Source of the DNA: a virus
Lineage: Duplodnaviria; Caudoviricetes
Length of the DNA: 35,885 bases
Direction: 5' to 3' (one strand)
IMG/VR virus record: IMGVR_UViG_3300037483_000262
Span: 1-35,885 of that record
Part shown: piece after piece, positions 7,470 through 17,530 of the stretch
Layout of the letters: each line of letters starts with the position of its first letter
Numbering within the stretch: position 1 is the stretch's first letter
The notes under the pieces: generated by a model
Databases searched by the model: none
What the model was told of the DNA's origin: nothing
The model's input: the letters and a program-made list of their open reading frames with translations, nothing else
Translations under genes and position numbers: made by a program

Positions 7470-9560
7470 CTACCTTAAGTCCGGCTTGACTCCTAGATTT
7501 TCGCCTTCGAACGATATAGCACGGAGTAAGTAGTCACAATAATCATCTGGCGTCGAATAGAACCACTGACGTTCGTAGGTGATCTCACGGATACGAAGCT
7601 TAATTCGCTTGTCCACGCGGTCCAGCGTAGTCGCTGACTGATCAATATTCGATACCGCGTCCCAACCAGCCGGCATAGGCGCTTCATTAAAGACATATTG
7701 CGGATCGTCCCAACCACCGGCAAATGAACGCTGATAGACTGGACCCTGGAAAGTCTTCGTCTTGGTCTTTAACCGGCCAGATTGCGTCCGGTAATTCACC
7801 CCAACCGTAATCGAGCCGATTATATCTCGGAAATCAAAGACTGCCTGAACGGTTGATTGGTATTGATTGTGGGCCTCGTTGCCGCTCATCAAAGCTCCGC
7901 GAGCGGAAGTGGAGAAGGTATCCGCACCGCCACCGGCATAATCAACCGATCCGAAAGATTCGAATAATTTAAGAGTTTTATTACCCTGGGAAATATAGAC
8001 AAATGCTGGACTATTAGGAGGTGATACTGTACCAATCCAGTTTGCCTCAATTTCAAGAGGTGGATTCCACGCTCCATTATTATCAATGTCCCGAATAAGA
8101 ATATTTTTCGGAGTATCAAAACCGTATGGCGGTACGATCCAGAGTATTTTATTATCCCAAGCTGTACCGACAATTTCTTTCAGCGCCGACACTTTAATTT
8201 GGCGAGTATACTCTTTGATATCATTATCGACCTTTTTGATTGCCAACACGTTTTGAAGCTGCGGTTGTGTATCCATACTCAAAAAACCATTGGTTGAAGG
8301 GAATGATAGCTGACCCTGGTAATTCACCACGCCATAGCTTGAAGCAACACCGGCCGCACCATAGTTTTGCTCGGTTACACCCCATACTACAAAGCTTTGA
8401 TTGCCGTAGTTTATAGTCTGTTGTTCAAGCAGCGCTTGTTTCGAAAGACCTTCGGTATTGCTAAATAATATAGTTAGGCTCGGGATACCCTGGCCGCTAC
8501 GAAAGCCAACGACAGAGGCGGGGTAGTAGTTTGTTCCACGCGAAGGCTGCGCTCGGTAGCCGCCGTTGGCGCTCGAGAAGTCAAGTGCGTATTCGCCGTC
8601 GCCGCCAATCCAGATGTTATAAGGATCATCAACGTCACCATAAAGCACCGGCCGGCCATTGGTTTCAAGACCATATTGCACGCGAGGGCCGTCCGTGCTG
8701 TTTACTGCCGGAGGATTACCGCGTCCAATATCTATTGCCAGCGTACCATTATCTATAATCTTCTCTTGGTTCAAGTCTAATCCGGCTGCAAGCATAAGCA
8801 TATCCGACGGCTGAATTGAGCCGCCATTGGCTGCCAAAGCTATGTAGAGATTCCAGTAAGTAGCGCCGGCCGGTTCTGTGCCGAAGTCAGGCCGAGTAAT
8901 TGTCAGATATTCATCACCGTCAGGGCTCCAACTGTCACGAGGCTTGCTGATGTCTTGCTCAAGAATCGGCGAGATTTCAGTTTCACCAGTTGCACTCGAG
9001 TAGGTATAGCCGTAATAGATTTTATAATCACCGGAAGCTGTAATGCCGGTTGCGGCCGCCGTTAGCGGGTCGTCCGGATCATCAACAAAAACGTATTTGA
9101 TAACATCAAAAGTTGGGCTCTCTAGGTCAATATAACAAAGCTTATCACCGTTGCCGCCGTTCAAAATCAAGAGCGCGTCTAAGGCCCGAATGAATACCGG
9201 TTTCCCTCCGTTTTGAGTAGTAAGAGTATTGTCGCCGCCGCAATCAGTCCATTCGTCGTCGCCGATTTGACAGTATTTAGCCTTGCCCTCGTCCAGTGTA
9301 AAGTAATAAATCTCGCCATCAACCAATGCCGGATATTTCTGATAAGTAGTTTCTACTGTATCCGGCAAAAATTTCTGAAGAGATTTACGAGGCTTCAAAT
9401 AACCATGAACGGTTAGCTCAACATCATTTCCCGCAACGATTTGATTACCTTTAGCTGCTTGTTCACCTTCGTTAGTGTTGAACCAACCACCAGAGAATCC
9501 AGTGATGTCGTCGCTAGTAATCTCTTTTTTTGGTACTTTTACAGGATTTGTTACTGCCAT
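7470..9560 (-). CDS. Putative tail nozzle/stabilisation protein (P22 gp10 / T7 gp12-like)
   Basis: 696 aa, beta-rich, N-terminal FSGG motif; TAATG-coupled to the upstream adaptor-sized gene. Confidence 0.55.
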   Translation of the reverse strand: MAVTNPVKVPKKEITSDDITGFSGGWFNTNEGEQAAKGNQIVAGNDVELTVHGYLKPRKSLQKFLPDTVETTYQKYPALVDGEIYYFTLDEGKAKYCQIGDDEWTDCGGDNTLTTQNGGKPVFIRALDALLILNGGNGDKLCYIDLESPTFDVIKYVFVDDPDDPLTAAATGITASGDYKIYYGYTYSSATGETEISPILEQDISKPRDSWSPDGDEYLTITRPDFGTEPAGATYWNLYIALAANGGSIQPSDMLMLAAGLDLNQEKIIDNGTLAIDIGRGNPPAVNSTDGPRVQYGLETNGRPVLYGDVDDPYNIWIGGDGEYALDFSSANGGYRAQPSRGTNYYPASVVGFRSGQGIPSLTILFSNTEGLSKQALLEQQTINYGNQSFVVWGVTEQNYGAAGVASSYGVVNYQGQLSFPSTNGFLSMDTQPQLQNVLAIKKVDNDIKEYTRQIKVSALKEIVGTAWDNKILWIVPPYGFDTPKNILIRDIDNNGAWNPPLEIEANWIGTVSPPNSPAFVYISQGNKTLKLFESFGSVDYAGGGADTFSTSARGALMSGNEAHNQYQSTVQAVFDFRDIIGSITVGVNYRTQSGRLKTKTKTFQGPVYQRSFAGGWDDPQYVFNEAPMPAGWDAVSNIDQSATTLDRVDKRIKLRIREITYERQWFYSTPDDYCDYLLRAISFEGENLGVKPDLR

Positions 9561-10282
9561 TAGTAAACTCCCCCGACACTACTAAAATCATCAGTAACAG
9601 CTTCGTCAGGCGTTGAGGACTGCATATTGGCAGCCTTCTCACCATCAAGCAAATCAGCGTACTTCTGAACAAATGATGGCGTCAGGCCACCTTGAACGAT
9701 GTCTGGCAGTACGGCATTTTTAGCTGTCCCGAGAACTAGCAATTGTCGAGGGATAGGTAGATCGAACAGGTCCGTATCAGCAGCAGCTAAACGAGGAAAG
9801 CTGTTCACAATGTCGGCAAAAATATCACCACCAATTTCAGTGTTGTTGAAAGGTCGTGAAAATTTGACCTTACGATTTACATAAGTTACGCGCTGTTCGC
9901 GCACACTATAACTATTACGCTTTGTAATCTGATTCGGGTCTACTACGTCCCAAGTGCTTACCGTACTGCTATCTTGCATAATCACAAGAGGTCGATCTTC
10001 TTCAGCCACTAATCGAAGAGCACCAGATGGAAGATCAAAAGTATCGCTAATCCCCGCAATCGTACCGATTTCTTTATCATTTTCCCGAATATAACTCCAA
10101 TTGGTAGGAGTGCCATCGGGATCTTTTTCCTTCTCAAGCTCGTCAAGTAAAAGGTTACACCAAATAATAGTATTCGCAACGGCTTCAACGCCTTCCTCAT
10201 CAGTAATATCTTCAATGCGCTGACCGTTCAGAGTCAAATAGACCTGTTGGGTAAATTCTTGAAGTTTTTGTTCGTCGGTCAT
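9560..10282 (-). CDS. Putative head-tail adaptor (tail tubular A-like)
   Basis: 240 aa with NWSY...FDLPSGALRL pattern typical of adaptors; adjacent to the nozzle gene. Confidence 0.55.
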   Translation of the reverse strand: MTDEQKLQEFTQQVYLTLNGQRIEDITDEEGVEAVANTIIWCNLLLDELEKEKDPDGTPTNWSYIRENDKEIGTIAGISDTFDLPSGALRLVAEEDRPLVIMQDSSTVSTWDVVDPNQITKRNSYSVREQRVTYVNRKVKFSRPFNNTEIGGDIFADIVNSFPRLAAADTDLFDLPIPRQLLVLGTAKNAVLPDIVQGGLTPSFVQKYADLLDGEKAANMQSSTPDEAVTDDFSSVGGVY

Positions 10283-13200
10283 GCCCTACCTCCCTTAGTG
10301 ACGGTAATCTTTTTAAGCTTACTCCTATCATAGTTTGGCACTTTTTGGAGTTGAGGTATAGCAGTTTGTGGTTGAGAGAAGTTGGCGCTTTGGGCTTTAA
10401 GGGGTTGGAACGTAAATCCTGGCGCTGTTTGAGTTGCGATATCAGTCACGAATTTAGGCTTTTTGCCCTTCTTGCCCTTGCCACCGCCACGTTCAGAATC
10501 TTTAGCGTAATATTTACTCTTCTTCGGATCACCACTATATCGGCTTACGCCGGCGTCAGTAAGCCGCTTATCATACTCGAATAACAATTGGTAGGCTTCA
10601 GGATTGTAATCTTCACTTTCCGGATCACCCATATTGCGCCACTCGGTAAGAGAAGTATCTTTATACCGATCAATAACTTCAGGGTCATAATCATTATCAC
10701 GAGTAATTTCAAGCCGTTTAATTTCAGATTCAATACCCTTGCGAGTCTTTTTAGACATTTCGCCGTCCTCTGCGCCGCGATCAAGCTTCCAACGATAGCC
10801 TTCAATAGCCAGGTCCCAATTGCCGTCTTCAACTTTGGCCTGGATACCATCATCAGTTTCAGGCACACCACGCTTTTTACGATCCTTCTCGGTCTGCTCT
10901 TTAGTTTGAGCCGCAACCTTCTCTTCGCGCTGCTCACCGGACTCACGAGTACCGCGAGTAGCCCGATCCACCACATCTTTAGCAATCGTACCTTCCTTGC
11001 GCTCCAAATCTTGTGCCATAAATGGAATACGAGCTTTCGTCTTATTGATCTCGGTAGCCAACACATCAGTAACTTGCCGGCCAGTTTCAGGATTCTCACG
11101 AGTAACCTTTGTTTCGGCTGCTTCGCCGGTCGGATTAAGTGCTGAACTCTGATCGAGCAAAGCATTTATATCACCGGTAATACCAGGGATATATTGACGA
11201 AAAACATCACCGGTATAGCCGGTCGCGGCTTCAGTGAAGTCACCCTTGCCAATCTTAGCAAGCGTAGTTTGAAGATTATTCTCACCACCGAACACGCTGG
11301 CTACGCCAGTATTCTTGTAAATGTTTTGAGCGAGCGCGTTGACCATTGTGCTGGCGGGGTTTTCGCCTTCGGCCTGGGCGTCTGTGGCCTGTTGGACCGA
11401 GTTACCCAGGATCAGCGGCACGGCGACTGTACCCATGATTGCGACCGGAATGTAGCGGTCGCCTATATTAATGTATAGGCCAGCGTAATCGTCACCATTG
11501 GCGTCTTCAGTCGTAATAACGCCAGCCTTAGTCAGTAACGTACCGACCGCATAAGCTTCAGCGCTGTTCACAGCCAGTTTTGAGAAGCTATCGACGACAC
11601 CCTGAAGATTACCCTTTCGAGCATTGTTCAAGATAGAGCCAGTATTCCATAGGACATTCTTATCTGTTAGAGTCCGGTGTAAGTTACCACCAAGCCAGCT
11701 AGTAAATGGTGCAACTTGGTTTCGAATAAACACCGCACCGGCGCCGTGACCGGCTTCATCAAGCTTCCGAGCCAGGTTATCGCTCAAGAACTTGGAAATC
11801 TTATTATCGTGAAGCATATTGGCTTTCAAGTGAGTTTGAGTAGCGTCATAAAGCTGCTTCTCGTTGGGAATAGAAGCACGCAACTCGGCGTACACTCTTC
11901 GAGCGTCACCTTTCAACCCCTGTTGCGCGGCCTCCTGCATACCTTCACGAAATAACTGCTCCTCGCGGATACCTCGAGTTACGTTGGTCGGTAATTCAAC
12001 CAGCGATCGAACTGCTCGGCGAATCGGACCACCGCCAGTATTAATATCGCCACGAGTAGCACGCTTGGCCTGGCCCATGAAGTCTTCAACAAAATCATCA
12101 CCTTTGAATGAGCGACCAGTCCGCTTCAAGCCTTCTTTGAATCCCTTAATCAGTTTGCGAGGGCTACTAATAACATCTTGAAGATTGCCTCGCTGACCAG
12201 GCACTTTATTCAACACCTTACCGACCAGATTCGATACTCCTCGAGTAGCCAAATCATCGGCTGTCGTAAAGCTCGTTGAGATAATGTCAAAGATACGTCC
12301 GGCCGGCGAACTAAGCATAAATGTTCGGCCGACATCAGCCGCACGCTTACCAATCGACGCTTTAGGAAGATTTTCTTGGTAAGTTTTCCAAGCCTGACCA
12401 TTGACAATTTCAGCATTAGTCCGAGCCTCATCGATAGCTTTAGTCAACCGGCGCACACGAGTTCGAACCTCATCAGGCGTTGACTTGTTGCTGATAAGGC
12501 CGCTATCGATAATATCTTGAGCCTCCGTTTCAAGGACACGAAGATCATTAGTAGCTTCGTCGGCAGCTTCAATTCGAGCCAGCAATTCGGCTCGTTGAGC
12601 GTTTGGCAATTCAGCGCCGGTCGCGGCCTCCAATTTATCAATCAATAATTGTTGCTTCATAACAGTCGGCATATTCTCGTACAAGGCTCGAATTGAGCGC
12701 AAATTCTGACCCGAAACTTCGGCATGGCGAGTCAGGCTATCAACAATGTTTTTGACAGCTAAGTCAGATTCAGGAGTCTTTAATGTCTGTAATCGACGAG
12801 CGGCCAGATTAGCTTCGAACATTTCAGTAGCATTTCTAATCACAGGAGGTTTGTTACCATAAACGGTAATCAAGTCAGCGTCCGAAGCGTCAGTAATTGA
12901 CTGAAGTGCTCGGTTTTCGGCTTCTTCAAGATTAAGAGTGTTCTTCGGATTGAAGTTCTCGAGTACATCAGCTTGCAAATCTTCATTCTTAATCTGACTA
13001 GCAAGCTCTTCTCGCAATCTTGGAGCGGCGGCTCCACTCAAATCAACTTGTTCGCGAACAGCTTGCTCGGAGGCGACTTGACGCGCCTGTTCCTCGGCTG
13101 CCACTGGACTAGCGCCACGATCAGGTACGATACCCTCTTCGGCCAACTGGCGTTGCGCTTCGGCGTCGCTTATTAATGTAGGATTGCCTTCGGCGTCTGT

Positions 13201-14754
13201 GGCGGTTGAAACCCGAAGGTCGCCTTGTGCGGCAGCCTGGCTGATATCAGCCGGTGTTTGTTCGGCCACAACCGGCGCCGGTGCGACCGGTTCAGCTTTT
13301 TGTAGTGAGCCGTTAACGGAGTTGCGGAAATCAGCGATAGGCACTTCAGGCTGACCAGTGGGAGGGGCGGTAGGCACTTGACCACCAGCTTTCGCCAGCG
13401 CAACCGGATTTGTTACGTCTGGTACTCGTGGGATAAGAGGCAACTGGTCAAGTTCTTGAAATTTAGGAGGGGGAATCGGCTCGAGTAATCTTGGCCCTCT
13501 TGATCGTATAGGAGTTGGAGGTGTAGGTGTTTTGATACCATCATCAAGAGTAGTTTTCGGACCAGTTGGGATTTCGTCAACCGCACCAGGAATTTCGGGA
13601 ATATCTTCAGATGGAGCTTTTTTAAGACCATCATCAAGATTATCGATAACTTTACTGCCGGCCGTACCGGTGGCAATAGTAGCTCCTTCTTCAATAGCTT
13701 CGTCCCCCTGACCTCGGAACTTTTTAAGAGCGCGTCGAACGAATGGAGGTAGAAATGCGCCAGCAACGGCTTGCGCTGCGTCTGCTGTACCCCGAGCGGG
13801 AGTAATTTCTTGGCCTCTAGCGGAGTCCTGGCCTAGATAACGACCAGTAAGCTCAAGCTCTTTTTCGAGATTTCGTGGATCAAGGAACTCTTCAATAGCT
13901 TCTTGGCCGAATTTTCGGAGCCTCCCGCCACCTTTGATAACATCATCTAATTTATTACCGAGCTTAGAAGTTAGATTACCAACCTTGCCAGCTTTTGAAA
14001 CTACTGTCGGCGTGAAGTATGTGGCGATTTCAAGTGGTACGTTGCCAGCTTTATAAAGCTTGTCAACTTCCAATTCCTTCGCTAGATCATCAATTTCCTT
14101 CGCTTTGGAGGTCGAAGCTTTAGTAAGCCGATTCTGGCCCTTACCTGGCGTCAAAATATCGTATAAACCACCAGCGCCTTCAGCTAAACCGGTCCCAACA
14201 CGACCGGCTGATAATACCGGCGCAATCCACTGGCTTGCATTGCCCTTGCTAGATTCATCAATTTTTTTTCCAGCACCTTTTTGATAGTCCAAAACAGTCG
14301 GATCACGGTTCCAACCATGCTTGTCTTGGAACTCACGAGTTGCCCGACTAATAGCAGCGGCTTCGGCTCGTTTGTCCCACTTCCGATCCGTAAACTGACG
14401 ATCAAACCAGGAAGTATTCTCTTTTTCGCGGTCAATATATTCTTGCTTATATTTTTCGGTAAGCTCTTCAAGCTCGTTCTTTTTTTTCTGCTCGGGGGTA
14501 GCCTCCGGCAAATTACCGAGAATTGGATTATTGAAGGCAGCTTTCGATAAGGGGGAAGTAAAATCAAACTTTTGCTCTGGCCGAATTACCGTACCAGGGC
14601 GAGGGCCTTGAGCGCGTGCGGCAGCGGCGGCTTCTCTACGACGCCGCTCTTCTTCGTCTTCATCAGCAAGTTGCTGACGCTGACCACGATTTTCTTGGGT
14701 ATCCCAAAAATCCGCACCGGACCAGATTTTGTTTAATCTATCAAAGAGGCCCAT
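10279..14754 (-). CDS. Large virion protein, putative DNA ejection/internal core protein
   Basis: 1491 aa, largely helical with A/G-rich segments; RBS AAGGAGG; located in the virion operon. Confidence 0.55.
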   Translation of the reverse strand: MGLFDRLNKIWSGADFWDTQENRGQRQQLADEDEEERRRREAAAAARAQGPRPGTVIRPEQKFDFTSPLSKAAFNNPILGNLPEATPEQKKKNELEELTEKYKQEYIDREKENTSWFDRQFTDRKWDKRAEAAAISRATREFQDKHGWNRDPTVLDYQKGAGKKIDESSKGNASQWIAPVLSAGRVGTGLAEGAGGLYDILTPGKGQNRLTKASTSKAKEIDDLAKELEVDKLYKAGNVPLEIATYFTPTVVSKAGKVGNLTSKLGNKLDDVIKGGGRLRKFGQEAIEEFLDPRNLEKELELTGRYLGQDSARGQEITPARGTADAAQAVAGAFLPPFVRRALKKFRGQGDEAIEEGATIATGTAGSKVIDNLDDGLKKAPSEDIPEIPGAVDEIPTGPKTTLDDGIKTPTPPTPIRSRGPRLLEPIPPPKFQELDQLPLIPRVPDVTNPVALAKAGGQVPTAPPTGQPEVPIADFRNSVNGSLQKAEPVAPAPVVAEQTPADISQAAAQGDLRVSTATDAEGNPTLISDAEAQRQLAEEGIVPDRGASPVAAEEQARQVASEQAVREQVDLSGAAAPRLREELASQIKNEDLQADVLENFNPKNTLNLEEAENRALQSITDASDADLITVYGNKPPVIRNATEMFEANLAARRLQTLKTPESDLAVKNIVDSLTRHAEVSGQNLRSIRALYENMPTVMKQQLLIDKLEAATGAELPNAQRAELLARIEAADEATNDLRVLETEAQDIIDSGLISNKSTPDEVRTRVRRLTKAIDEARTNAEIVNGQAWKTYQENLPKASIGKRAADVGRTFMLSSPAGRIFDIISTSFTTADDLATRGVSNLVGKVLNKVPGQRGNLQDVISSPRKLIKGFKEGLKRTGRSFKGDDFVEDFMGQAKRATRGDINTGGGPIRRAVRSLVELPTNVTRGIREEQLFREGMQEAAQQGLKGDARRVYAELRASIPNEKQLYDATQTHLKANMLHDNKISKFLSDNLARKLDEAGHGAGAVFIRNQVAPFTSWLGGNLHRTLTDKNVLWNTGSILNNARKGNLQGVVDSFSKLAVNSAEAYAVGTLLTKAGVITTEDANGDDYAGLYINIGDRYIPVAIMGTVAVPLILGNSVQQATDAQAEGENPASTMVNALAQNIYKNTGVASVFGGENNLQTTLAKIGKGDFTEAATGYTGDVFRQYIPGITGDINALLDQSSALNPTGEAAETKVTRENPETGRQVTDVLATEINKTKARIPFMAQDLERKEGTIAKDVVDRATRGTRESGEQREEKVAAQTKEQTEKDRKKRGVPETDDGIQAKVEDGNWDLAIEGYRWKLDRGAEDGEMSKKTRKGIESEIKRLEITRDNDYDPEVIDRYKDTSLTEWRNMGDPESEDYNPEAYQLLFEYDKRLTDAGVSRYSGDPKKSKYYAKDSERGGGKGKKGKKPKFVTDIATQTAPGFTFQPLKAQSANFSQPQTAIPQLQKVPNYDRSKLKKITVTKGGRA

Positions 14755-14767
14755 TTATGAAACCTCC

Positions 14768-15742
14768 TTATACCAATGCTTCTTCGCGCTCTCGCTTTTT
14801 CTGACGACCAGCTAATAGTGTGGTCGGACCACCGGCCCCACCAGTTCCACCGGATCGAACATCGACTGTCATATCACCGGCTCCGGCCAAATAACTTTCC
14901 AAATCACCAGGCGTAAATGCCGCGCCTCGAGCCGTGAACGGAGTTGCACCAACTCGAGTTTTATTAGCAATCACATCATTCAAACCACCAGCCCTGCCAA
15001 GCCATTCTGCGGCTGCGGCAGTATCGCCACCTTCCGCGAACAGTTCAGCCATTTTCTGAAAGTAATTCTGACGCTTACCAGCAATTTCACCTTCAAGTGC
15101 GGTTCGTTGATTTTTACGAGCCGTACCAGCCTCCGCTCGGCGGTCCTCGTCCTCTTCATCAAACCGATCCCACGCCTTATCAAGCGTAGTAGCGTTGCCA
15201 GCAAATGTTTCAGAAGCCTCGCCAATATCCTGATTGGCCGAAGTCTGAACCGCTCGGTCAGCTAATTCACTACCAGTACCACTTAAGGCGCCAATAGCAG
15301 CTAGTGTCCCACGAAGACCGCGACGACCTTGAGCCGCAGCCAAAAGAGCATTTTGTTTATTTTTTAGGAGGTTTTGATTATTAGTAACGCCTTCTTCTTC
15401 ATAATCTTCTCGATTACGAGTGCGTTCTTTGTCATACCTACCGACTAAAGAGCCGTAGCTATCTTCAATATTCCCATAACCAACCTCTTGTTCTGTTCCA
15501 AGACTATCGATCGCCTGTTGCGTCGCGCCAACAGCCGCCTGATTAAGAACTTGTTGTGGCTCGCTCGTACCACCACTACCACCAGCCGGTGCTTGTTGAG
15601 CGACCATCGGATCGTCAATTTGCTGAAGACCCATTTGCTGCGGACTTAACAACGGTGCGAACCACCTCTGAACACCTTCCATACCTTCAGCCTTCATGTA
15701 TGTTTCGCCGTCTTGTCCTATCCAGTAGACTCCATCTGCCAT
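14768..15742 (-). CDS. Putative ejection/pilot protein
   Basis: 324 aa, A/G/Q-rich coiled coil; RBS AAGGGGG; precedes the large virion gene. Confidence 0.5.
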   Translation of the reverse strand: MADGVYWIGQDGETYMKAEGMEGVQRWFAPLLSPQQMGLQQIDDPMVAQQAPAGGSGGTSEPQQVLNQAAVGATQQAIDSLGTEQEVGYGNIEDSYGSLVGRYDKERTRNREDYEEEGVTNNQNLLKNKQNALLAAAQGRRGLRGTLAAIGALSGTGSELADRAVQTSANQDIGEASETFAGNATTLDKAWDRFDEEDEDRRAEAGTARKNQRTALEGEIAGKRQNYFQKMAELFAEGGDTAAAAEWLGRAGGLNDVIANKTRVGATPFTARGAAFTPGDLESYLAGAGDMTVDVRSGGTGGAGGPTTLLAGRQKKREREEALV

Positions 15743-15792
15743 CTAAAACCCCCTTATGATTTTATGATTCAATAATAACATAAACATTACTG

Positions 15793-16074
15793 TTACAATA
15801 CTTTTTCTAGTTGCGAAATTACAGCGTCTATATTTCCTGGGTGAACAACCCAAACGGTTGACCAACCAGCCAATTTTTCAAGCGTTTCTTTTTGGAGTGG
15901 CTTGAATGGCGCTTTAGCCGAACTTTTCACCTCAAAAGCGCCCCACCACCCCTCATAAAAAGCAAAAACGTCCGGACAACCAACCGGCGTACCAGGGCCA
16001 GGCTTCGTTTTGATAACATAGCAGCCTTTGTCTTTGAGATATTTAATCAGTCTTTTTTGAGTTTTTCTTTCCAT
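15793..16074 (-). CDS. VRR-NUC domain nuclease (Holliday junction resolvase-like)
   Basis: PD-(D/E)XK signature: E..TQ..LIKYL, GCPDV, FEVK, PLQK. Confidence 0.88.
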   Translation of the reverse strand: MERKTQKRLIKYLKDKGCYVIKTKPGPGTPVGCPDVFAFYEGWWGAFEVKSSAKAPFKPLQKETLEKLAGWSTVWVVHPGNIDAVISQLEKVL

Positions 16075-16781
16075 GCGTCCATAATCTGCGGCGCCATAAG
16101 CTGATACACGCCGTCCTTATTTTTAGTCGCTCCATACGGTGCTTCCAGCGCATAACTCGTAAGATAAATATCTTCACCCAAAATCCGAATTGTTTCAACG
16201 AGCTTGCCATCAATTTGGTCAAAAATCTCGGTAATAGCCTCAAAATTATTCTTCTCATTCGCTAAAATTAATAAATTAGCCACAATTACCGACTTTACAA
16301 GCGGAAGATTGCCATCTTCCGGAATTTGATCATTTTCAACTTCTTTTTTCCGCTGATGGATTAAAAGCGGTACTTGACGCGGCGAATCAGCCATTTTTTC
16401 AAGTGTTTGTCGAAGCGTCATGGTCGTAACCTTCACCGGTTCTTCCTCGGCCTCCGGCGGTTCATTTAATGGTTCAGGTTCTTCGCCGGTCGTCAGCGTC
16501 GGAGTTTGGCCTGGGGCCGGCAGCGTGACTTTTTGCGCTTCGGGGAACAGGAAATAGATTTTCGGGTATTCGAATTTAATAGGAGTTTCGACCTTGCCGT
16601 CCACGCGGTCGATAGACAATTTGATTGCCGAAAGTTTGCCATCAGAACAGGTCCGGACGAGTGAAAAAACGGCGGCTTGATAGCCGGTATATTTGGGATC
16701 AGCTTCAGCTTCGCAAAACTGTTTCCAGTCCCAATCGATGATTTCCTTGAGGAAGCTTCCTAATTTGCCTCGGTCACTCAT
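16047..16781 (-). CDS. Hypothetical protein with duplicated TerS-like motif (terminase small subunit candidate)
   Basis: Two internal repeats, AIKLSIDRVDGKV and AITEIFDQIDGKL. Confidence 0.45.
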   Translation of the reverse strand: MSDRGKLGSFLKEIIDWDWKQFCEAEADPKYTGYQAAVFSLVRTCSDGKLSAIKLSIDRVDGKVETPIKFEYPKIYFLFPEAQKVTLPAPGQTPTLTTGEEPEPLNEPPEAEEEPVKVTTMTLRQTLEKMADSPRQVPLLIHQRKKEVENDQIPEDGNLPLVKSVIVANLLILANEKNNFEAITEIFDQIDGKLVETIRILGEDIYLTSYALEAPYGATKNKDGVYQLMAPQIMDAWKEKLKKD

Positions 16782-16786
16782 ATTGA

Positions 16787-17029
16787 TTATTGTACATTAC
16801 AGTTATGGTTTGGGGCATTTTTTCGTAATTCGATCTGTTTGCATTTCGGGCAGCGCCAATATTTATGTCCGGTCCCGCGACGCTTCCTCGGGTCGGCGTG
16901 CGCGATATGCCAATGAGGACCACAAGCGTAGTGGATATACTCTTCCTTCCACTTGAAGCCTAGTTTAGTGGCCGCAATTTCGGCTTCGAACTCGGTATCA
17001 TAATGTTTTTTCATTTCGCAAGGTGTCAT
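16787..17029 (-). CDS. Small Cys/His-rich putative zinc-binding protein
   Basis: YACGPHWHIAH and CPKC...HNC; ATGA overlap with the upstream gene. Confidence 0.65.
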   Translation of the reverse strand: MTPCEMKKHYDTEFEAEIAATKLGFKWKEEYIHYACGPHWHIAHADPRKRRGTGHKYWRCPKCKQIELRKNAPNHNCNVQ

Positions 17030-17424
17030 ACTAGCTCCCTGACCATTTTCTTAGTCATTGGATCGACGTATTTGTGATTTTTCTCACAGTTGGCCGAGAA
17101 GCTCAACCATTGAATATTATCGAGCGTATAGCCGATATCAGGGTTAATCCGATCGATGGACGGCGATAGATTCAGGCAAAAACCGGCTTCGGCCCAATCG
17201 AAATATAGAGCTAAAAATATGTTCAGGTTTTCAAAATCTTTGCACCAAATAATAAATTCTTCGATGGTGATGATTTCTTTACCCTCGCTATGGTGCGAAT
17301 GAGTGGCGTGGCCGTTTTGCCGCGCTGCCATGTGGTAATATCGTTTTTTCCAGATTCGAATAAAGTTGTAACGGCGAGCTTCAGTTTCCCATCGTAGTTT
17401 TCTCTTTCGGCTTGACCTCTTCAT
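17026..17424 (-). CDS. HNH-like endonuclease
   Basis: SIDRINPDIGYTLDNIQWLSFSANCEK is the beta-beta-alpha-metal motif. Start placed at MKRSS, which has a GGAG RBS. Confidence 0.75.
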   Translation of the reverse strand: MKRSSRKRKLRWETEARRYNFIRIWKKRYYHMAARQNGHATHSHHSEGKEIITIEEFIIWCKDFENLNIFLALYFDWAEAGFCLNLSPSIDRINPDIGYTLDNIQWLSFSANCEKNHKYVDPMTKKMVRELV

Positions 17425-17530
17425 TGCTCCAACCTTTCTCGAGATCATAGTGATACTCGTTAACGTGCCGCGTCAAGGCACTTTTGCTTTTAACTTGCCG
17501 CCAACAATGGGGACATTCAAAATACGTCAT
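17381..17530 (-). CDS. Micro-protein with a classical C2H2 zinc finger
   Basis: MTYFECPHCWRQVKSKSALTRHVNEYH; ATG at 17530 overlaps the end of the glycosyltransferase gene. Confidence 0.65.
   Translation of the reverse strand: MTYFECPHCWRQVKSKSALTRHVNEYHYDLEKGWSNEEVKPKEKTTMGN

Noticed and set aside
10345-14804. Antisense and alternate-frame ORFs inside the 1491-aa gene (e.g. 10545-11165, 10588-11145) and similar shadow ORFs elsewhere
   Set aside because: They are nested in well-supported genes, lack recognisable motifs and have the composition of shadow frames.
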